From the NCBI GenBank assembly GCA_038212275.1, contig JBBQUR010000004.1:96001-160000 (forward strand): a stretch of 64,000 bases of DNA, written 5' to 3'. The notes beneath the pieces were generated by a model. That model did not search any database and was not told the DNA's origin. It was given only the letters and a program-made list of their open reading frames with translations. This stretch comes from Planctomycetota bacterium (lineage in GTDB: Bacteria > Planctomycetota > B15-G4). Positions within the stretch are counted from its first letter, which is position 1; every line of letters begins with the position of its first letter. Below are positions 56,801 through 64,000 of the stretch, piece after piece. A program made the position numbers and the translations under genes.

Positions 56801-58846
56801 CACGAGCATCTCGTCGCGGATCTCGGCGAAGCTTGCCTGTACCGGCGGTGCATCGAGGAGCGTGAGCGGCGACGGCGTACCGCCGGTGGCGTAGTACAGG
56901 ACGAGCACACCCGGCACCGACGACGGCGAGACGACCGAGAAACTGGCCGAGCCGGTCAGTGTCATGGGCGGCATGTTGTCGTCGGAGATGGTGAGGTCCA
57001 CCGTGTGCATGCCGAGCCCGAACGTGGGAGTGACGACCGGCGCGGTGCCGAGTTGCACCGCGCCTTCGGCCCATGCATACCCGGCGATCTCGTGCTCCTG
57101 CTCGTGCGTGTGGGAGAAGCTGCCGTCGAGCGCGACCTCTTCATCGCCCGATCCGTCGTAGTCCACGGTGACGAGCGGTGCGTCGATGACGACGTGCAGG
57201 AAAGGATTTCCCGAGCCGCCGCCGATACCGGCGAGTGCGAGCGTGGCCGGAGCGAAGTTTCCATGGAACACGACCTTGACGTCGTTCTCCATGTGATGCG
57301 TGACCAGGAAGGTGACGTCGATGACGACGGACTGCCCGACGCGCAGCGCGAGCGCGGCCGGCACGGTGATGTCGGTGTCACTTCCCGTGTAAGTCTCGCC
57401 CAGGATGGTGACGCTGAACTCGTGACCGGCGCCGCCTCCGGGACCGATGAGGAACGCGAGGCTGTCGACGATCGCGGTCGCCGTGCCGGTGTTCGTCACC
57501 GTGACGGGCAGCGAGAGGCTCTGCCCTTCGGCGAGTGCGCCGAAATTCAGCGCCGGCGGATCGAGACTCAGCGCCGGGATGGTGGCGCGCACCTCGAGCG
57601 CCGAGAGGATCGCGTTCCCGACGGACGAGGACAGCTCGATGTCGAGCGTGCCATCGGAAACGTCGACGGACACGTGGGCGACGTAAGCCATGTCGGCTCC
57701 GGCCAGCGCGACGAGGTCGATGTCCGGGAGGACCGTCGCGCTCTCGATGTCCACGCTGAAGACGCGTTCGCCGACGAGGGTGGCATCCGGATCGGCGAAG
57801 TGAAGCGCCACGTCGTAGGTGCCGACCGGCAGATCGAAGTGATACGCGAAGGCCGTGCCTTCGCGGTAGCTCTGGTAGAGCTCGTCCTCGTGCGTGCCTG
57901 AAATCGGGTCGGTCGTCGTGCCGGACGAGCCGCCGGTGAAGCCGAAGTCGCTGGCCCACATCTGCATGTTGCCGTCGAAGTACTCCGGGCCGCCCGCATT
58001 GAGCAGGATCTCCGCGCCGACCGGACCAAGGCCGACGCCGCTGAGCTCGACGCTGGCCGGGGCAAATCCGTTGGGGAGCCCCGACTGCATGAGTTGCAGC
58101 GTGGCATGCCTCTCGCCCGTGAACATCGGCGCGAAGCCCACCACCACGTGGGTGCTTGCGCCCGGAGCCAGCACGAAGGGCACGGCTTCCTCGAAGGCCG
58201 CGCTGAACTCGATGGCGCTGCCGTTGTAGACGAGCGCATCGTTGAGCGTGACCGGAAGCGACGTGTCGTTCGTGACCGTCAGCATCTGGTCCGCAGCCGC
58301 ATAACCCGCGACGGTGGGCGGGAAGGTCAGCTCCGTGGCGTCCGGTGTCACCGCCGACGTGAAGTGCAGCTGGAGTCCCTGCGTGAGCACGATGCTCAGC
58401 GGGTCGGCGCTCTCGAAGACGACGAACTGGAAGAACAGGTCGGTGCCGAAGCCCGCAGGATTCTTGAAGCCGAGCGAGATGTTGCCGGACGCGTTGGCCG
58501 GGATGACGAGCATGATGTCGGTGGAGCACTGCAGCGAGCAGCCTGCGTTCACGCCGGCGAATGACGTCAGGTCGTACGGCAGAGGCAGGCCATTGGAGTT
58601 CGTCTTCGACGTGCCGATGATGAGCACGGTGGTCGCGTTGGGTGCGGCGCCGGTGAGATGCACGGCGCCCTGCGCTCCGGGCGTGGACGAGCCCGTGTGG
58701 CTGATCACCGGTTCGGGCAACGTGCCGGAACATCCGGAGCCGTAGGTGGTGGCCTGCGCCGCAGCGCGGTTCCCGACCAGCAACGTGAAAGCGAAGATCA
58801 GCAGCGGGATGACCGCCCGCTGGACGGGACGAACGCGCGCTCGCAT
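53834..58846 (-). CDS. Large secreted paralogue with additional Ig-like (ASH-type) and malectin domains
   Basis: Same core as 48058-51951, plus LNAGG...W..D, LYQSYREG..F.Y, V.LHFA, G.RVF.V.IE (malectin) between two L.F......L.VTN Ig-like domains. Confidence 0.85.
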   Translation of the reverse strand: MRARVRPVQRAVIPLLIFAFTLLVGNRAAAQATTYGSGCSGTLPEPVISHTGSSTPGAQGAVHLTGAAPNATTVLIIGTSKTNSNGLPLPYDLTSFAGVNAGCSLQCSTDIMLVIPANASGNISLGFKNPAGFGTDLFFQFVVFESADPLSIVLTQGLQLHFTSAVTPDATELTFPPTVAGYAAADQMLTVTNDTSLPVTLNDALVYNGSAIEFSAAFEEAVPFVLAPGASTHVVVGFAPMFTGERHATLQLMQSGLPNGFAPASVELSGVGLGPVGAEILLNAGGPEYFDGNMQMWASDFGFTGGSSGTTTDPISGTHEDELYQSYREGTAFAYHFDLPVGTYDVALHFADPDATLVGERVFSVDIESATVLPDIDLVALAGADMAYVAHVSVDVSDGTLDIELSSSVGNAILSALEVRATIPALSLDPPALNFGALAEGQSLSLPVTVTNTGTATAIVDSLAFLIGPGGGAGHEFSVTILGETYTGSDTDITVPAALALRVGQSVVIDVTFLVTHHMENDVKVVFHGNFAPATLALAGIGGGSGNPFLHVVIDAPLVTVDYDGSGDEEVALDGSFSHTHEQEHEIAGYAWAEGAVQLGTAPVVTPTFGLGMHTVDLTISDDNMPPMTLTGSASFSVVSPSSVPGVLVLYYATGGTPSPLTLLDAPPVQASFAEIRDEMLVQDQGAVGGTTYSENVMVRMQASVLLANPGSFTFSVTGGSDSRLFVDGAPVAGPLALAAGAHTVEARFAIISLADLPVEVLLDSGSGPLPISMALLTHDEVAQKPVLNSMQTQGITLGGNAIEITGIGFFPAGALTVHWGDINLTAVDFTAETPTSIQFLSPAHATGVIAVTVQTPQGTSNALPFEYVADGTPPINFTELLPSLGIAKPTCGDWGPDGRFYVGTIHGRIFAITFDDNYAVTNVTSYLGISQLDNDDILGLAFNPYDPPSPVRIYVAHSLIYSKGGGPFAGPFPYIGMVSVITGPNFNGSTPLITGLPTSNHDHALNGMQFDNNGDLLMTVGSNTNAGVKYPTSGDTPESPLSAAVLKAETSRPDFNGAITYVTTSTGIPNDDQVLGELSDVAPGCHVHVQAPGTRNPYDIVYTTSKRLYATDNGPNTGFGVASTGPNTQSGEPSQPDELLLLEYDNYYGSPNRSRGRTDARQNIYRDTSVPSIPNQFAQTMITISAGTGGICEYRADTFLGQMRGNLLVQKWNSSTRRVVLSSDGRTVISTQTFGPNMSPLDIQVGPGGAMLAMDYTSDEVHVAVPSDLAALGLTAYDIFPWRAPSTGGQPFVIGGAHFGTLGNTTVSIGGLPATITSVSPTRIRGVLPVQPSPTTALLDVVVTSGATSDTLPAAFRYLFPTPGHEPGAWSTTASIPQAMSEVACGEINGVLYAVGGSTFKTYALDVTTRLWSQKPNRPFPGDHHAVEVVNGKLYVIGGLLNGAEGMVQIYDPVANSWSLGAPMPWAGGSVSTAVIGGKIYAAGGIASAQTVDLCAVYDPVANTWTSKQSLPFHLGRNHAAGGTNGSRFFVFGGRGFGSGNNNTVANGFDTVEIYDPIANTWITSADVGSTLAPLPIGRGGMGHAVYYQGEFYVMGGETLNGPGANAQNTYDRVDVYNPVTNLWRLEAPMPTARHGIWPVLFQSRIFVTGGGPSSGLSQSITTETFTRQ

Positions 58847-59194
58847 GGTCAGTGTCCGCCGAAGGCCATTCGGGTGGCCGTCCGACGCCTCTGGTCCGGG
58901 ATGAAGTCGGGATACCGAGGGGGAGGCCCCGGCAGGTGCGGAACCAAGTGTAGCGCGATTCATGTTCGAGCAGGCGGCGTACACGAGTGAACCGGCTGGG
59001 GGCTGGGAGCGTCGGGGACCGAGGAGGAGAGGGGAGCCTCCTCGCGGAATGAAGCTCACCCGGCCTGAACCTTTCGGCGCTTCCCCTCCCGCGCTGAAGG
59101 AATGTCGCGTTCCGAGCGGCTCGGCAAGGAGCAGCGGCAGAAAGCGGCATCAAACGATCGCTGCGGGAGGACGCCGTTGGCTAGACTCCTCGCC

Positions 59195-60223
59195 ATGTCA
59201 TGGTGCCGACCACGCGCGAGCCTGTTGACCATCGCTTTGCTGGCCTGCAGTCCGGCAGGCCCGACCGGCGCCGCCGCGCAGTCCGCACCGGAGCAGCCGC
59301 CCGCCACCGGAGGACGGCCTGCCGCCGGGCCCGCAGTCGCGCCCGAAATCGCTCCGGGAATCGCGCCGGCAGCCGCTCCCGGCAAGCCCCGCGCCCACCT
59401 CTTCGACGAGGCCTTCGTGCAGGGCATCTATGTCCAGGCCGTCTCCGCGCTGCGCGACGGGGCGCAGATCGAGTTGCTCGAGCCCGTGCCCGCCGTGCTG
59501 CTCACCGCCGAGGAGGCGCGCGCCCGTCGTGCGGCCTACAGCAGGAGCCTGCGGGAGGATGCCGGCGTCACTGCCGCGATCGACCTCGCAGCGGACTTCG
59601 TGTTCTCGGAGTCCATGCTCGGGCGCTATCTGCCCGACGAGAAGGTGCTCTACATCATGGAGGAAGTGCTGGAGAGCAATTCCGGAGGCGATCGGGACGT
59701 CGCGCGCGAGCAGCTCTTCGGCGTGATGGCACACGAACTCGTGCATGCGCACGATGACCAGGTCTACAAGACGCTGCCCACGCCCGCCGTGCTGCTGGAG
59801 GTCGCCGCCGACGGGAAGAAGCTCGCCGACATCCAGGCGCTCATGACGCTGCTCGAAGGCCACGCGACCTATGCGGCGGAACTCGCGAGCCTGCACACCG
59901 GGCGCCGGCCCCTGGAGGTGATGACGGTCGAGCAGGCGCGTCGTGCCCGCGTCATGTCGGGCGGCGACGACCCGCTGAAGCAGATCGGCAGCGACATCAT
60001 GAACACGATCGCCCGCACGAAGCTCGTGCAGTACGCCTACGGCCGCGAGTTCTGCAAGGATGCCTACAGCTTCGGAGGAGAACGCTTCATCGGCGAGGTC
60101 TTCACGCACCTGCCCCTCTCCATCGCGGAAACGGAGAACTTCGAACTCTTCAAGCAGCGCTGGGCAAGCGAGATGGAGGCTGCCGAGGAGGCCGGTGCAG
60201 TCGAGAATGCCGCGGCCCAGGTG

Positions 60224-60235
<12 letters not shown>
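59195..60235 (+). CDS. Putative secreted or lipoprotein zinc metallopeptidase
   Basis: Lipobox-like LLAC, Pro/Ala linker, GRY, AHELVHAHDDQ (HExxH) and downstream LLEGHAT. Confidence 0.7.
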
Positions 60236-61704
<1,469 letters not shown>

Positions 61705-61708
<4 letters not shown>

Positions 61709-63192
61709 GTCGCGCCTCCGAAGCCGGGACAGCGCTCGGGCTCGCCGCGTGCGGCCTCGAATGCCACGGCCGCGGCCAGCACGCGATGATCCTCGCCGGC
61801 GCGCCCGCAGATCTGCAGGCCGACGGGAAGTGGCGCTGCGGCGCCCGCAGCGGCGGTGAGGCCGCACGGCACGGAGATGGAGGGAAGCCCCGCGAGACAC
61901 GCCGGCGCCGTGAGCAGGTCGCAGAGGTACATCGCGTAGGGATCGCTGCTGCGCTCGCCCAGCCGGAAGGCGGGAAAAGGCGAGGTGGGTCCCAGGAGCA
62001 GATCATGCCGCTCGAACAGCGCCTCGAACTCACGCTGGATGAGTCGTCGCACCGAAAGCGCCTTCTTGTACCAGGCGTCGTAGTAGCCCGAGGACAGCGC
62101 GAAGGTGCCGAGCATGATGCGCCGGCGCACTTCCGGGCCGAAGAGCCGGCCGCGCGTGCGCTCATAGGTGTCGAGCAGCTCCGCGCCCTGCTCGCGCGGG
62201 CCGAAGCGGATGCCGTCGAAGCGCGCCAGATTGCTGCATGCCTCACTCGACGCCACGATGTAGTAGACGGGGATCGAGTGACTCATGTGCGCGAGCAGGC
62301 CGTGTGGAAGGCGCGTCACGTGCGCGCCGCCGCGGGCGAAGAGCTCCAGCGCCTCCTCGATGCGTTCACGCACGCCGCCGTCGACGTTGTCGTCGAGGAA
62401 CTCCGCGGGAATCGCGACGCGCAGACCCGCGAGCGTCGTCGGTGCGTCGGTGGAGGGCGTGCGCGGTCCCGGCCACGTCGTGCTGTCCCGCGGGTCGTGG
62501 CCCGCGAGGATGTCGTGCACGAGCGCCGCGTCGCTGGCATGCGCGGTGATGGGGCCGATGACGTCGAGCGAGCTGCCGAAGGCCACGAGGCCGAAGCGCG
62601 AGACGGCGCCGTAGGTCGGCTTGAAGCCGCTCACGCCGCACAGGGCCGCGGGCTGCCTGATGGAGCCGCCGGTCTCGCTGCCGAGCGCGATGGGCACGAT
62701 GCCGGCGCCGACGGCGGCCGCACTGCCGCCGCTGCTGCCGCCCGGCACGCGCGCAAGATCCCAGGGATTGTGCGTTGCGCCGTAGGCGGAGTTCTCGGTG
62801 GACGCGCCCATCGCGAACTCGTCGAGATTCGTCCGGCCGACGAGCACGGCGCCTTCCGCGAGCAGGCGTTCCGCGGCGTGGCTCGTGTAAGGCGCCCGGT
62901 ATCCGGACAGGATCCGTGAGCCCGCCGTGAGCGTTCGGCCGGTGACCGCGATGTTGTCCTTGATCGAGACGGGCACGCCGGCGAGGCGCCCCGGGTCGCG
63001 GCCCTCGCGCACGAGGCCTGCCACGTGACGCGCACGCTCCAGGGCGTACTCGCCATCTTCGTCGAGGTAGGCGTGGAGTGCCGGGTTGCGCCCGCGCAGT
63101 CGCGTGAGCGCGGCCTCCGCGAGCGCCACCGGATCGGTCCGGCCGGCGCGCACGTCGGCGGCGAGATCTGCTGCCGTCGGCGTGACGGTCAC
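61705..63192 (-). CDS. gatA: Amidotransferase subunit A
   Basis: IKDNI, NLDEFAMG, PGGSSGGS, GSETGGSIRQPA, SNLARFDG, EVRRRIMLGT. Confidence 0.97.
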
Positions 63193-63587
63193 TCGTCGGC
63201 TCCGGGATCCTCGTCGGGCGAGTGCGCCGACGAGGTCGCCGGCGCAGGAGCATCGTCGACGCCGAAGTCCGTGTCGAGCACGGCCGGCACGACGTAGAAG
63301 CCCTCGCGCCCGTGCGCCGTGAGCGCGAGCAGGCTGCTGCGCGGCTGCGGGAACGGAACAATCACGTCCGCGGCCGGCACGCCGCTGTCGCCCAGGGCGT
63401 GCACGAGCGGCTCGACGCCGGTCGTGTCCACGGCCTGCAACGCGTGGAAGTGGCCCAGAATCGTGCCGAGCTGCTCGGCCGTCCGCTGGATCTCGGCCTC
63501 GTCGAGGCCGAGTCGCGCGAGATGCGCCACGCGCCGCACGGTCGCGGTGTCGATGCCGTGGTCGGACTGCCCGCTCCGCGTGTTCAT
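63189..63587 (-). CDS. gatC: Amidotransferase subunit C
   Basis: VRRVAHLARL, VDTTGVEP, YVVPAV; acidic C-terminal extension. Confidence 0.92.
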   Translation of the reverse strand: MNTRSGQSDHGIDTATVRRVAHLARLGLDEAEIQRTAEQLGTILGHFHALQAVDTTGVEPLVHALGDSGVPAADVIVPFPQPRSSLLALTAHGREGFYVVPAVLDTDFGVDDAPAPATSSAHSPDEDPGADE

Positions 63588-63750
63588 GCTGACTTCCGGC
63601 GCTCCTGCGACATCGTTCGAATGCCAGCGCGGATGCTAGACAACTGCGCGCAGGCGCGAAACACGTTTCGACGGCGACGCCCGCAACGCGGCACGCGCAG
63701 GGCGCCGCAGCCGCACGCGCGGCCGGGTCCGGACGCTAGACTGGCGCGCC

Positions 63751-64000
63751 ATGTCGCAGGTCGCCCAGGGAAGCCAGCCCCTCAAGTCCGGCAAGCTGCT
63801 GCAAGCTCCGCTGGACCCGGAGGCGCGGCCGGGAGACGTGCCGCCGCCGTGGGACCGGCTCGAGTGGCGCCCGCTCGCGCCCTTCCGCAACGAGGCAAAG
63901 GCGCGCGTCTTCTGGGCGCAGGATGGCGAACGACGGCTGGTCTGCAAGGACGGCTCGCTGGCGCTGAAGCGGCTGTTCGTGGGGCGCTTCCGGCGCTGGG
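63751..64000 (+). CDS. Partial ORF (3' end outside window), possibly a kinase-like N-lobe
   Basis: ATG 63751 open to the window end; KARVFW...RLVCKD resembles the beta-3 Lys strand of RIO/Kdo-type kinases. Confidence 0.45.
   Translation, partial: MSQVAQGSQPLKSGKLLQAPLDPEARPGDVPPPWDRLEWRPLAPFRNEAKARVFWAQDGERRLVCKDGSLALKRLFVGRFRRW

Noticed and set aside
63655..63672. parS site (given smc in the window)
   Set aside because: The palindrome does not match TGTTTCACGTGAAACA; arm orientation and centre differ

Overview
High-GC (roughly 70% by eye), gene-dense bacterial chromosomal segment; gene content and protein styles suggest a Planctomycetota-like organism (inference). Left to right: smc; an LPS cluster (lipid A acyltransferase, a deoxyhypusine-synthase-like protein, hldE, waaF); an M16 peptidase operon with RNA-modification and NUDIX genes; clpB behind a sigma54-type promoter; cyclodeaminase plus a GH15/phosphorylase-kinase-like gene; an ECF sigma/anti-sigma/Spy-like cassette upstream of an UnbV/UnbU-like pair; a beta-helix protein; tRNA-Ala(CGC); an RND pump; moeA and lnt; the imuA-imuB-dnaE2 mutasome; two large paralogous secreted IPT/propeller/Kelch proteins flanking a GT-C glycosyltransferase; and gatCAB. 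I found no CRISPR array, integrase, transposase or prophage. The most notable unexplained signals are: (1) a near-consensus minimal hammerhead-ribozyme fold in the structured smc-lpxL intergenic region; (2) two genes that appear to start at CTG codons overlapping the upstream stop; (3) a repeat array and a direct-repeat operator candidate before imuA; (4) a 17-codon bridging ORF before the NUDIX gene; and (5) the duplicated Kelch/malectin surface-protein locus. All calls come from motif reading only, without database searches.
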